DNA of 21,923 nt, taken from contig BTVJ01000109.1 of NCBI GenBank assembly GCA_045863395.1, positions 1 to 21,923 of the forward strand, written 5' to 3'. The notes under the pieces are model-generated. The model made no database searches. It had not been told where the DNA came from and was given only the letters and a program-made list of their open reading frames with translations. The DNA is from Myxococcales bacterium (lineage in GTDB: Bacteria > Myxococcota_A > UBA9042 > JABWCM01 > BTVJ01). The position numbers were made by a program, and so were the translations under genes. This document shows positions 1-8,993 of the stretch, one piece after another (the first letter of the stretch is position 1; every line of letters begins with the position of its first letter).

Positions 1-16
1 GCCGCCCGAAGGCGGC
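1..16 (-). terminator. GC hairpin with C(UUCG)G tetraloop, possible terminator or stabiliser of the VWA lipoprotein transcript
   Basis: Minus strand reads GCCGCC-TTCG-GGCGGC, 35 nt downstream of the stop at 52. Any U-tract would lie outside the window. Confidence 0.4.
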
Positions 17-51
17 CATGAGGGGCGTGCAGCTATTCGTTGCTGACCCTG

Positions 52-1803
52 TCAGTCCAGACAGGTCACACTGACGCTGCTGTCGCAGCAGGGCTTGCTC
101 ATGACGGAGCACACCGCTTCGTCCGCCTGGCAGGTGCCGCAACAGCAGGTCCCCGCCGTCTGGTCTTCCAGTGTGCAGGCTCCTCCTTGTGCGATTGGGA
201 TGCCAGGCATGTCCTGACCGAGCGCGTTCGTCGCGGGCCACGCGCACACACTGCCCTGTGGATCACAGGTGATGAAGCAGTCGCCGTCCGCGCCGCCCGG
301 GCACTGGGCCTCGGACGTGCAGGCGCGGCGCAGGCGGAGCCGTTCGTCGCCCGGAGGGCTCCTGTGGAAGCCGAATGTCGACGGCTGCCACGCGAGGATG
401 CTCGGCGACACCAGGGCAATCGCTCCATCGACGGCATAGACCCGGCCCGGCGGGAGCAGCGGGTTGCCGCCAGCGTCCACCTCGCTCAGAGACGGGACGT
501 CTACGTAGACACGCCAGACGCCGCCGAATGTGTAGCGGATCGCCTGGAGCGCGCGCTGGAGGTCCCGCTCGAAGTCGCTGGAGACATCGGCATAGTCGAG
601 GCGATTGATCCACTTGTAGACACCCCCGGTGAGGCACGCGACCTCCATCTGCGCGCCGTCTTGGTGCGGGTAGCCATAGGACTGGAATTGCACGAACGAG
701 ATCGGGATGCGCTGTGCCATGGGCAGCGCCTCGACCTTGGACCTGAAGGTCTCGTAGTCGAGGTGGGTGGGGCACGGCTCGTCAGGAAGGAAGCTCGGGC
801 TCTTGGGGTCGCAGGTGTCGGGAGAGTCCGAGATCACGACGATTTGCCGCGGTAGCGCCCCGTCCGACGAGGTGGCGTTGGCCATCAGGAAGTCCCACGC
901 GTGGTCGACCGCCGCCCAGAGCGGGCTGCGCCCCTTTGCGAGGATCGCCCCCTGTCCGAGGTCGGTGAAGGCTCCTGTGACCCCCTTGGTCGGGTCCTTC
1001 ACGTCGACCGTGCCTCCCACCCACTCGTGCCGAGTGCCGAAGCAGGCGCGCTCCTGCTGGACGGCGTCACCCGCCAGCTCCAGGTTGGGGGCGTTGCAGG
1101 CGAGCTTGACCCCGTCCTCGTTGAAATACCACGCGATGAGACGATCACTCGGGTTCAGAACCCGGATCAGACCCTCCGAGGCCGCCCTGTACCTGGCGTG
1201 CGTAGGATCAGACCGCTTGCCGGGGTCCGGAAATCCCTGCCGCACCTCCTTCCGGTCCTGGTTGCCAAAGCCGATCATGCTCTCGCTGTGATCCACGAGG
1301 ATCGCCACAGCGACGGGATGCTCGCGGCTCTCTGATCGGCGCTCGAAGACGACATCCACGATGGATGCACTCGGATCGGAGACTCTGACCTCGGAGTCAC
1401 ACTCGGCGGTCTGATCCGGATACGCCTCGACGCAGCCGAGGCTCAACGCAAAGATCGAGGGGTTGATCGCCTTGCCGGGACCCACGGTGATCTGCTGATC
1501 GTCGATCCAATCGCCCTCTCGCATCTGGAGGTCCTTGTTCCCTGCCATGGGACCTGCTGGCGATTGGCCCTTCAGGTTGAGCGACACGAAGAAGCCCTCG
1601 GGCTGGTCAGCCGGCCCGCAGGCCGGGACGCGCTGGCCGCTCTCCGTCTTGAAGGGCGTCGCACTCAGAAGCTCGATTTGGGAGCCGTGTTCGACGATGG
1701 TCCAGGTGGTGGCCCCCGCCGGACGATTGCCCGTGGCCTCGTCGTCGCCGCACCCGACGAGGGCCCCCATCGCCGCAACGCACAGTGCAGCTCGCCTGAT
1801 CAC
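52..1803 (-). CDS. VWA (von Willebrand factor A) domain lipoprotein with Cys-rich C-terminus
   Basis: Within ORF 52..1932. Likely GTG start at 1803 gives VIRRAALCVAAMGALVG|C (lipobox). MIDAS-like VAILVDHSES, then GRSPLW and IVVISDSPDTC. Cys-rich tail (CTSEAQC...GTCCCGTC...PCCD). Confidence 0.8.
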   Translation of the reverse strand: MIRRAALCVAAMGALVGCGDDEATGNRPAGATTWTIVEHGSQIELLSATPFKTESGQRVPACGPADQPEGFFVSLNLKGQSPAGPMAGNKDLQMREGDWIDDQQITVGPGKAINPSIFALSLGCVEAYPDQTAECDSEVRVSDPSASIVDVVFERRSESREHPVAVAILVDHSESMIGFGNQDRKEVRQGFPDPGKRSDPTHARYRAASEGLIRVLNPSDRLIAWYFNEDGVKLACNAPNLELAGDAVQQERACFGTRHEWVGGTVDVKDPTKGVTGAFTDLGQGAILAKGRSPLWAAVDHAWDFLMANATSSDGALPRQIVVISDSPDTCDPKSPSFLPDEPCPTHLDYETFRSKVEALPMAQRIPISFVQFQSYGYPHQDGAQMEVACLTGGVYKWINRLDYADVSSDFERDLQRALQAIRYTFGGVWRVYVDVPSLSEVDAGGNPLLPPGRVYAVDGAIALVSPSILAWQPSTFGFHRSPPGDERLRLRRACTSEAQCPGGADGDCFITCDPQGSVCAWPATNALGQDMPGIPIAQGGACTLEDQTAGTCCCGTCQADEAVCSVMSKPCCDSSVSVTCLD

Positions 1804-1968
1804 CCGGACCCACCGTCTGCTCGAGCAGATTGTTCTTCCCTCCCCGGCGGCGAGGATACTGCCACCACGTCGATCTGGCGCGTGAAGGTACGAGACCTGG
1901 TTACATGGCGGCCCCCTCCGCCGGTTGCACACTGGGGCGTCGCTCCATCTCCGTCGCTCCGATCGACG

Positions 1969-3309
1969 TCAGCGGGCGGGGCCCCTGGCGCGAGACGTGG
2001 CGATGGCGAGGTGGTGGCGGGCCGCGTCCGCGAGACCTCCCCAGGGCTCGCCGCCTCCGTGGGGCACCGGGGCGTCCGCGGGCATCGCGGCGGCGATGGT
2101 CGCGGCGTTTCTGAAGGAGCGCTCGGCGCCGGCGGCGTCCCCCCGGGCGAGCAGCAGCGCGCCGAGGGCGAAGTGGGCCGGAGCGAGCTCCCGGTCGAGG
2201 TAGAGGGCGCGCCGCAGGGAGCGCTCGGCGTGCTCGGGCTCGCCTGAGTCGAGCTGGAGCAGGCCGAGGGTGAGGTGCTCGGACGCCGAAAGGGGGAGTT
2301 CGGTCCCACGCTCGGCTGAGTCGGCGTCCCGTCCCGGTTCGTGACCCACGGGAGCCGGCCGATCCGGGCTGGTCGCCGCCTTGGACACATCAGGGAACGT
2401 GGCCTCGGAGACCGAGACGGGAGGCGGCGAGGCCCAGGCGAGCGGTGGCGAGGCTCCCCACTCGGGCGCCGCCACGCGCGGCGCTTCACCGGTGGGCTCA
2501 ACGGGGCGCCGGTAGATGAGCCCCGCAGACGTGCTCACCACCTCGAAGGGAGCGCCGAGCTGCGGGTCCGAGGCGCCGAGCATCAGCCACCCTCCCGGCG
2601 CCAGCGAGGACCACAGGAGCTCCGCGACCCGCCGCACCTGGGGGGCGTCCATGTAGATGAGGACGTTGCGGCACAGCACCAGGTCGGCTTCGGGGAGCTC
2701 GCTCGGTGGGAGACCCGACGCCAGGTTGTGGTGGGCGAACACCACGGCGCTACGGAGGACCGGGTCGAGGGCGAAGCGCGCTCCGGCCGGGCGAAAGTGC
2801 GCTGCCTGGCGGACCGGGTCGAGGCCCCGGAGCGCCCAGGGCCGGTAGAGCGCCGCCCGCGCGCGCTCGAGGGCCGCCCGCGAAAGGTCCGTGCCGAGGA
2901 TGCGACACCGGTCGGCGAGACCCCGCTCGCGCGCGAGGATCGCGAGGGTGTAGGGCTCCTCGCCCGTCGCGCACCCGGCGCTCCAGAGACGGAGCGTGTG
3001 TCCGTCTCCCCGCCGCGCCAGCACCTCCGGCAGCACGACGTCCGCCAGCAGGTCGAGCCGCTCCGGCTCCCTCCAGAACCAGGTCTCGCCCACCGTCACG
3101 TCTCCGGCGATCCGGTCGAGGAGCGCCTCATCTCTGCGGAGCCGGCGCGCCAGCTCCGCCGCGTCCCGCGCGCCCGTCACACTCACTGCGCGCGCGACGA
3201 TGGCCTCCACCGCGGGTCTGCGCCAGGGGGGGAACGCGAGGCCAGTGCGCTCGGCGAGCAGCTCGAGGACCGGGTTCGGGGCGACCTCATGGGCGCTCAC
3301 GGAGGTCAC
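1969..3309 (-). CDS. cheR: CheR-type protein-glutamate methyltransferase with C-terminal TPR
   Basis: Motifs ETWFWRE, LWSAGCATGEEPYTLA, GTDLS, CRNVLIYMD, GGWLMLG. TPR-like tail HLTLGLL...LRRALYLDRELAPAHFALGALL. GTG start at 3309 overlaps the cheW stop (GTGA); the ORF-track extension to 3606 is not protein-like. Confidence 0.92.
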   Translation of the reverse strand: MTSVSAHEVAPNPVLELLAERTGLAFPPWRRPAVEAIVARAVSVTGARDAAELARRLRRDEALLDRIAGDVTVGETWFWREPERLDLLADVVLPEVLARRGDGHTLRLWSAGCATGEEPYTLAILARERGLADRCRILGTDLSRAALERARAALYRPWALRGLDPVRQAAHFRPAGARFALDPVLRSAVVFAHHNLASGLPPSELPEADLVLCRNVLIYMDAPQVRRVAELLWSSLAPGGWLMLGASDPQLGAPFEVVSTSAGLIYRRPVEPTGEAPRVAAPEWGASPPLAWASPPPVSVSEATFPDVSKAATSPDRPAPVGHEPGRDADSAERGTELPLSASEHLTLGLLQLDSGEPEHAERSLRRALYLDRELAPAHFALGALLLARGDAAGAERSFRNAATIAAAMPADAPVPHGGGEPWGGLADAARHHLAIATSRARGPAR

Positions 3310-3758
3310 GGCGTCTCCGCGGCCAGGGCCGCGGCGAGGGCCTGCTCCTCGGCCTGGGTCAGAAACGCCCGCAGGTCCTGGATGAGCACCAGCCCGTCGT
3401 CGAGCCGTCCGACGCCGGCGAGGGCAGGGAGCCCAGGAGCGACCGCCGCACCGGGGAGCACGTCCCCCGAGTCGAGCCGCACGATGCCGAGGACCTGGTC
3501 CGCCCGCAGCGCCACACGCCGGGTGCCGTCCGACGCCACCACCAGGTGCTCGGCGTGGTGGAGCTCCTTCGGGGGCATGCCGAACCGGGCGCGCAGGTCG
3601 AAGCACGGCACGAGCTCTCCGCGCACGTCGACAACGCCCTCGATGACCGCTGGCGCGCCAGGGACGCGGCGGATGGCGACCGCTCGCAGCAGCTCCACGA
3701 CGGCACCGAGAACCAGCCCGAAGCGCTCGCCCCCGATGGCGATGGTCAGGACGTCCAT
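3306..3758 (-). CDS. cheW: CheW-like chemotaxis coupling protein
   Basis: MDVLTIAIGGERFGL...V.ELL...IRRVPGAPAVIEGVVDVRGELVPCFDLRARFG...RVALRADQVLGI is the CheW pattern. ATG at 3758 lies within ORF 3306..3887. Confidence 0.9.
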   Translation of the reverse strand: MDVLTIAIGGERFGLVLGAVVELLRAVAIRRVPGAPAVIEGVVDVRGELVPCFDLRARFGMPPKELHHAEHLVVASDGTRRVALRADQVLGIVRLDSGDVLPGAAVAPGLPALAGVGRLDDGLVLIQDLRAFLTQAEEQALAAALAAETP

Positions 3759-3956
3759 GGAGTGGCTCGTCCCAGGGCGAGGTGTGCCTGCTCCTTCCAC
3801 GCGATCCGCTCCCATCTGAGTCCAGGACCCATCCCAGACTCCCACACTCGCCAGCCCGAGGGAAGGCGCACGGAGGGCTTCAATCATGATGTCGCCGCGT
3901 TACACGGCTGACGTCGGTGGGTTGGCGGGGCACACCGGACGACGCCACGGCAAGGG

Positions 3957-4000
3957 TTGCAGCACGGCACCCACTCGACTTAGGGTTGCGCCCCGGAGGT
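3957..4000 (+). promoter_or_regulatory. Possible sigma70-type promoter and RBS for the DUF2804-like gene
   Basis: TTGCAG (3957-3962), 18 nt spacer, TAGGGT (3981-3986); GGAGGT at 3995-4000 before ATG 4006. Confidence 0.35.
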
Positions 4001-4005
4001 GACCC

Positions 4006-5043
4006 ATGGAGATCCTGCCCGCCCCCGAGCACCTGGTCGACGCGGAGGGGCGCCCCGCCATCGGCGTCTTCGACGGGCCGCCGCGTCACGCGGACCTGGA
4101 GCGGGCCCGCGTCGTGTCGCGCGGGGTGCGCCTGCCCCCGGCCCTCGCCCGCCTCCGCCTCAAGCAGTGGCAGCACGTGGCGCTGATCACGCCGAGCACC
4201 TTCGTGGGGCTCGCCATCGTGGACGCGGGCTTCCTGCGCACGACCTGGTGCCACGTAGTGGACCGGGCGTCGGGGCGCCGCTTCGAGCACTCCCGCAAGG
4301 GGCCGCTGCTCGACCTGCGCGTGGCGCCCGACCTGTGGGATGATCGCTGCCACGTGCGCGCCCGGGGCTACGACGCGACCATCGAGAACCGGCTCTCAGC
4401 CGGGGAGCACCGAATCCTGTTCGAGATCGCAGGCGACCCGGCGGTGTCGGGGACCCTCCGATGCCCCCACGATCTCGCGGCGGACCAGCCCCTGGTGGTG
4501 TCTCTGCCCGTCGGCGGCGGCCGCGCCATGTACAGCCTGAAGGCCGCGCTCCCCCTGGAGGGCACCCTGCGCGTCGGGGACCGCACCCAGGCGCTGGATC
4601 CACGGTCCTGCCACGCCATCTGGGACGTCCACAAGGCGCACTACCCGCGGCGCACCTTCTGGAACTGGGCGACCTTCGCGGGCCGGGACGCCGCCGGGCG
4701 CCGCGTCGCCCTCAACCTGACCCGCAACGTCAACGAGGACGACGCCACCTGGAACGAGAACGCCGCGTGGCTCGACGGGCACATCGAGCACCTGGGCCCC
4801 GCGACCTTCCACTTCGACCCGGCGCGCCCCCTCGACCCGTGGCGCCTCGGCACCGCGGACGGCGCCGTGGACCTCGTGTTCCGTCCCCAGGGCGAGCGCC
4901 GCGAGGACCTGCGCGCCGGCCTCGTCGAGAGCGTCTTCCGCCAGCCCTACGGCACCTTCGACGGCACCGTCCGCGTCCGTGGCGAGCGCGTCACCGTCGA
5001 GGCGGCCTTCGGAGTGTGCGAGGACCACCGGGCGGTGTGGTAG
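4006..5043 (+). CDS. DUF2804-family protein
   Basis: 345 aa ORF with strong RBS. RLKQWQH, YPRRTFWNWA, NENAAWLDG, FRQPYGTFDG and terminal EDHRAVW match the family pattern as I recall it. Confidence 0.8.
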   Translation: MEILPAPEHLVDAEGRPAIGVFDGPPRHADLERARVVSRGVRLPPALARLRLKQWQHVALITPSTFVGLAIVDAGFLRTTWCHVVDRASGRRFEHSRKGPLLDLRVAPDLWDDRCHVRARGYDATIENRLSAGEHRILFEIAGDPAVSGTLRCPHDLAADQPLVVSLPVGGGRAMYSLKAALPLEGTLRVGDRTQALDPRSCHAIWDVHKAHYPRRTFWNWATFAGRDAAGRRVALNLTRNVNEDDATWNENAAWLDGHIEHLGPATFHFDPARPLDPWRLGTADGAVDLVFRPQGERREDLRAGLVESVFRQPYGTFDGTVRVRGERVTVEAAFGVCEDHRAVW

Positions 5044-5106
5044 CGCGGGCCTGGAGCGCAGTTGACCCGTAGTTCAGACTCCATTGGACAAAGGCAGGAG
5101 GACCCG

Positions 5107-5682
5107 GTGACGCTGAGCACGAGAGACGAGATACGACTGGGACCGGAGGAGCGCGAGGCTCTGGTCGCCACGCTGAAGAAGCGCTTCGACGCGAACATGC
5201 GGCGCCACCGAGACCTGGAGTGGAAGACCGTGCAGGGGCGGCTCGATTTGCGCCCCGAGAAGCTGTGGCCCATCGCCGAGATGGAGCGGACCGGCGGCGA
5301 GCCCGACGTGATCGCGCGCGACGCGGAGACCGGCGAGGTGGTGTTCTGCGACTGCGCCGCCGAGAGCCCGGCCGGTCGCCGGAGCGTCTGCTACGATGAG
5401 GCCGCCCTCGAGTCGAGGAAGCAGCACAAGCCCTGGGCGAGCGCCCTCGGGCTGGCGGAGGCCATGGGCGTGGAGCTGCTGGACGAGGCGGGGTATCGGG
5501 CGCTCCAGGCGCTCGGGACCTTCGACGCCAAGACGTCGAGCTGGATCCGCACTCCGAGCCCGATTCGCGCCCTCGGCGGCGCGCTGTTCGGCGACCATCG
5601 ATTCGGCCAGGTCTTCATCTATCACAACGGCGCGGAGTCCTACTACGCCGCGCGCGGGTTCCGCGGCTCGCTGCGCGTCTGA
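5107..5682 (+). CDS. DUF4256-family protein
   Basis: AGGAGG RBS then GTG 5107. MERTGGEPDV, DCAAESPAGRRSVCYD, KTSSWIRTP, YHNGAESYYAARGFRGSLRV match the family pattern as I recall it. Confidence 0.85.
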   Translation: MTLSTRDEIRLGPEEREALVATLKKRFDANMRRHRDLEWKTVQGRLDLRPEKLWPIAEMERTGGEPDVIARDAETGEVVFCDCAAESPAGRRSVCYDEAALESRKQHKPWASALGLAEAMGVELLDEAGYRALQALGTFDAKTSSWIRTPSPIRALGGALFGDHRFGQVFIYHNGAESYYAARGFRGSLRV

Positions 5683-5733
5683 CGGCTCGCCCTGAGGCGG
5701 TCACCCGCGCGCGAGAGTCCCCGGCCAGGGGTC

Positions 5734-7098
5734 TCACTTGCAGGCGTTCGTCGGATAGGACGCGCCGCAGACCTCGTACCCGGGTGGCGGCGGCGGCCCG
5801 TTGCAGCACGCGGCGTGGGCCTCGGCGATCACTGCGCCTGCGGGGACGTGCCAGTCCACGGGCTCGCAGGCCGGTGTCTGTGTCGCGTGGACTCCCTTCG
5901 CGTAGACTCCCCAGCACCGGGTGCAGCCTGGCGCGAGGGCGGCGTAGACCTCGCCCTGGGAGACACAGGCCGCCCCAGGCGCGTCGCAGCAGTCTCCGGG
6001 GCACCGCCCATACTCCCAGGGCATGCAGACGCCGTCTCCGCAGGTGACGGGGACGCAGTCTCCCTTGCCGAACACCTTGACCACCTTGCCGTAGAGGCGC
6101 GTGCAGTCTCGCACGGAGACGTCGACCACCGGGAGCGTGACGCTCCACTTGCTGGTGAATCGCAGCGCGGGGTCCGTCAGGTTTGGCCCCAGGGCAGACA
6201 GACGCCCCGTGTGCGTCGGTGTCTCGCCTTCGACCTTGTAGAACACCACGACGTCGCCGAGCCGCCACGAGGACGGGGTCGCCGTGACCTCCACCCAGCC
6301 CTCGTCCGCCAGGATCGTCTCGACCGACTCTCCGAGGATGTGATAGCGCGCGGCCAGGTCCGGGAGCCGGGTGTCAGGCTCCCGGAAGGTCCAGCTATGG
6401 CAGTCGTAGGACCGCGTGGATCCGGCGACCAGGGTGATAGGATCCTCGAAGGTCGCGATGCCGTCGAGCTTCTGGGTGAACACGTCGTCCCTCGCCTGCG
6501 CCAGCGATGGGGTAAAGTCGTCGGGCCACCAGGCCGGAGGCACGGCGGGGCCGATCAGGTGCTGGTGCTCGATGGGCGAGCCCTTCGTGGTGAGCAGCTC
6601 CAGCGCGCCGGAGCGGACCCCGGTGAGCGCGGCGACCTCGTCCCGCCCGTAGAGGCTCTTCGTGGCCCCTTCCCCCGAGAGGACCGCCACGGCGTGGGCC
6701 GCCGCCTGGAGCGAGAAGAAGGGCACGGGCTCCACGGAGAGCCCCCGGCGGACGTAGTCCAGCAGGTCGGGGACGGCGGCGACAGCCCCACCGCGCTCCA
6801 GGACGAGGGCGACGAGGGCCCGCACCCGGTCGCCGTCGTCGGTGCCGTCCAGGGTCACGTCGGCGAGGACCTCCCGCAGCGGCGGGACGGCAGCCGCGCC
6901 GAGGGCGACCAGGGCGTCCACCTCCGGATAGAGCGCCGACGCCACCGCGGCGAGGGAGTCGGCGCCGTTGAAGGACTCCACGCCCAAGGTCCGCTGCGGC
7001 ACGAGCAGGGCGGCGAGGTGCTCTCGCGCCTGCCGCTCCCCGCCGCCCGAGCCGCAGGCCATGAGGACGACGAGCAATGACCAACCCAGGGTGCGCAT
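5734..7098 (-). CDS. Lipoprotein: helical (HEAT-like) N-region, candidate Cys-His papain-like domain, Cys-rich C-terminus
   Basis: ATG 7098 gives MRTLGWSLLVVLMA|CGSGG. Central YDCHSW...GDVVVFY...THTG...FTSKW...YG segment. Tail with CGDGVC and many Cys. Confidence 0.75.
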   Translation of the reverse strand: MRTLGWSLLVVLMACGSGGGERQAREHLAALLVPQRTLGVESFNGADSLAAVASALYPEVDALVALGAAAVPPLREVLADVTLDGTDDGDRVRALVALVLERGGAVAAVPDLLDYVRRGLSVEPVPFFSLQAAAHAVAVLSGEGATKSLYGRDEVAALTGVRSGALELLTTKGSPIEHQHLIGPAVPPAWWPDDFTPSLAQARDDVFTQKLDGIATFEDPITLVAGSTRSYDCHSWTFREPDTRLPDLAARYHILGESVETILADEGWVEVTATPSSWRLGDVVVFYKVEGETPTHTGRLSALGPNLTDPALRFTSKWSVTLPVVDVSVRDCTRLYGKVVKVFGKGDCVPVTCGDGVCMPWEYGRCPGDCCDAPGAACVSQGEVYAALAPGCTRCWGVYAKGVHATQTPACEPVDWHVPAGAVIAEAHAACCNGPPPPPGYEVCGASYPTNACK

Positions 7099-7241
7099 GT
7101 CCGCAGGATGACGCTGGCGGGGATCCAACGCAAGCCCGCACGCACCGGGCGAGTGCACGAGGCCGTCGACGGAGCCCGTGGAGTGTGCGAGGATCGCCCC
7201 ACGCTGGAGCAGCCGGCGCCACCGGACGCAAGGAGACCCAC

Positions 7242-8342
7242 ATGGCGACCATGAGCCTTACCCACGCGGCGACGCGGATGATGCAGGCGGCGACTGGCGA
7301 CACCCTGCTGTCGGCGCGCCGCATGTTGCTGGAGCTTGGCATCGACACCATCCCGACCCTGGGCGCGGACACGACGCCCGATGGTGGCGACGGGGCGCCC
7401 GCGAGCGTCGAGTCCCTGGGCCGCTTCCACGTCCAACGGGAGCTGGGGCGCGGCGGCATGGGGCGCGTGCTCTCCTGCCACGACCCGGAGCTCCTGCGGA
7501 GCGTCGCGGTCAAGACGCTGCTCGACCCCTCGCAGGTCGACGAGCACTCCCTCGCTCGCTTCGTCGCGGAGGCGCAGATCACCGCGCAGCTCGACCACCC
7601 GAACATCGTGCCGGTCCACGAGCTGGGCGTGACCACGGACGGGCTGATGTACTTCGTCATGAAGCGCGTGGAGGGCGGCACGCTGCGCGACGTGCTCGTG
7701 GGGCTCGCGGCGGGCGAGCCGACCGCGACGGCCATGTGGACGCGCTTCCGCCTGCTGATGGCCTTCGTCCTCGTCTGCAACGCCGTGGCCTACGCCCATG
7801 ATCGGGGAGTGCTGCACCGGGACCTCAAGCCCGAGAACATCCTGCTCGGGCCCTTCGGCCAGATCTTCGTGATGGACTGGGGGGTGGCGCGCCTGATGCG
7901 CGGGGGGCCGGAGCGCGTGCGCGTGGAGGATCGGGGGGACATCGCAGTCTCCAGGACCATGGACGGCACCACCATCGGGACCCCTGGCTACATGAGCCCG
8001 GAGCAGGTCCGCGGGCACCTGGACCAGATGGACGGGCGGAGCGACGTCTGGGCGCTCGGCGCCATCCTCTACGAGATCCTGACCGGCATCCCTGCCTATG
8101 ACGCCAAGGACCCCTTCGCCCGCCTGGTCCGGACGGTGACGGAGTCCCCTGTGGACCCGCGCCTTCGAGCGCCCTCCCGCAACATCCCCGCTCCCCTCGC
8201 GGAGGCCTGCCTCCGCGCGATGGCCATGGAGCCGGCAGACCGTTTCCCATCCGCGGTGGACCTCGCCTTCGCCGTGGGCGGGTACATGGAGGGGGCCCGT
8301 GACGAGGCGGACCGGTGCGACGAAGGGCGGGTTGGCGCGTAG
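7242..8342 (+). CDS. Hanks-type Ser/Thr protein kinase
   Basis: AAGGAG RBS before ATG 7242. LGRGGMGRV, VAVK, HRDLKPEN, DWG, GTPGYMSPEQ, DVWALG. Confidence 0.93.
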   Translation: MATMSLTHAATRMMQAATGDTLLSARRMLLELGIDTIPTLGADTTPDGGDGAPASVESLGRFHVQRELGRGGMGRVLSCHDPELLRSVAVKTLLDPSQVDEHSLARFVAEAQITAQLDHPNIVPVHELGVTTDGLMYFVMKRVEGGTLRDVLVGLAAGEPTATAMWTRFRLLMAFVLVCNAVAYAHDRGVLHRDLKPENILLGPFGQIFVMDWGVARLMRGGPERVRVEDRGDIAVSRTMDGTTIGTPGYMSPEQVRGHLDQMDGRSDVWALGAILYEILTGIPAYDAKDPFARLVRTVTESPVDPRLRAPSRNIPAPLAEACLRAMAMEPADRFPSAVDLAFAVGGYMEGARDEADRCDEGRVGA

Positions 8343-8524
8343 GAGGGCGGAGACAGGACTGCCGCTCGAAGTCAGCGGGTCGGGCATGTACGGAGCAAGG
8401 TCACCAAGCGGGCAGGGTCTGGCACGCGGGGATGGATTCAACGCGCTCGGCGAACGGAGAGATGCCCGTTCCGTAGAGACAAATGGGCCGCAGGGAGACG
8501 CCGTCGGGCACGAATGCGACGGGG

Positions 8525-8980
8525 TCAGTCTCGGCAGAACTCATCGAAGTTGGGCAGATTACACGCCGGGTCATCGTTGGTGATGGGGGTAGACACGCAG
8601 CCGGGCGGCCGCTCGTCACCGAAGCCGCTCCCGCAGTCGAGCCAGCCGCACTGGATGCAGGTGCAGAACGACTCGCAGCAGACGGAGAAGTCCGGGAGGC
8701 AGTACTTCGTTCCTGCGCCCCCGCACCCCTGAGAGCAGTAGTGCTCCGGTGGATCCCAGCACTCGTCGCCGAACACCTTGTAGTCGCCCATCTTCGCGAG
8801 ATTCTTGCAGCCACTGTCCGGGCCCTGCGCGGACACGTCTGAGCTCAGGCCGGTGTCCCCAGTTCCGCCTCCCGCGTTCCCCGCCGCCGTGTCGGCAACG
8901 GTGGACTTGTCCTGCTCGCACGCGCCATGAAGCAACATCGCAGCAATGGTTACAGCACATGACATGGTATTGAGTTTCAT
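8525..8980 (-). CDS. Small Cys-rich lipoprotein
   Basis: GGGAGG RBS next to the subtilase stop. MKLNTMSCAVTIAAMLLHGA|C, Gly/Thr linker, then a dense Cys domain (CLPDFSVCCESFCTCIQCGWLDC). Confidence 0.75.
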   Translation of the reverse strand: MKLNTMSCAVTIAAMLLHGACEQDKSTVADTAAGNAGGGTGDTGLSSDVSAQGPDSGCKNLAKMGDYKVFGDECWDPPEHYCSQGCGGAGTKYCLPDFSVCCESFCTCIQCGWLDCGSGFGDERPPGCVSTPITNDDPACNLPNFDEFCRD

Positions 8981-8993
8981 AGCTCGTCCTCCC

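Noticed and set aside
5041..5043. Complete reassignment of TAG to a sense codon
   Set aside because: TAG ends the DUF2804-like gene at its expected terminal Trp and ends hicA and hicB at natural C-termini; only partial readthrough remains possible.
7870..7885. DWG instead of DFG in the kinase
   Set aside because: A common variant among bacterial Hanks kinases; not evidence of inactivity.
8420..8440. TGGCACG resembling a sigma54 -24 box
   Set aside because: No TTGC at -12, and it lies between convergent genes.
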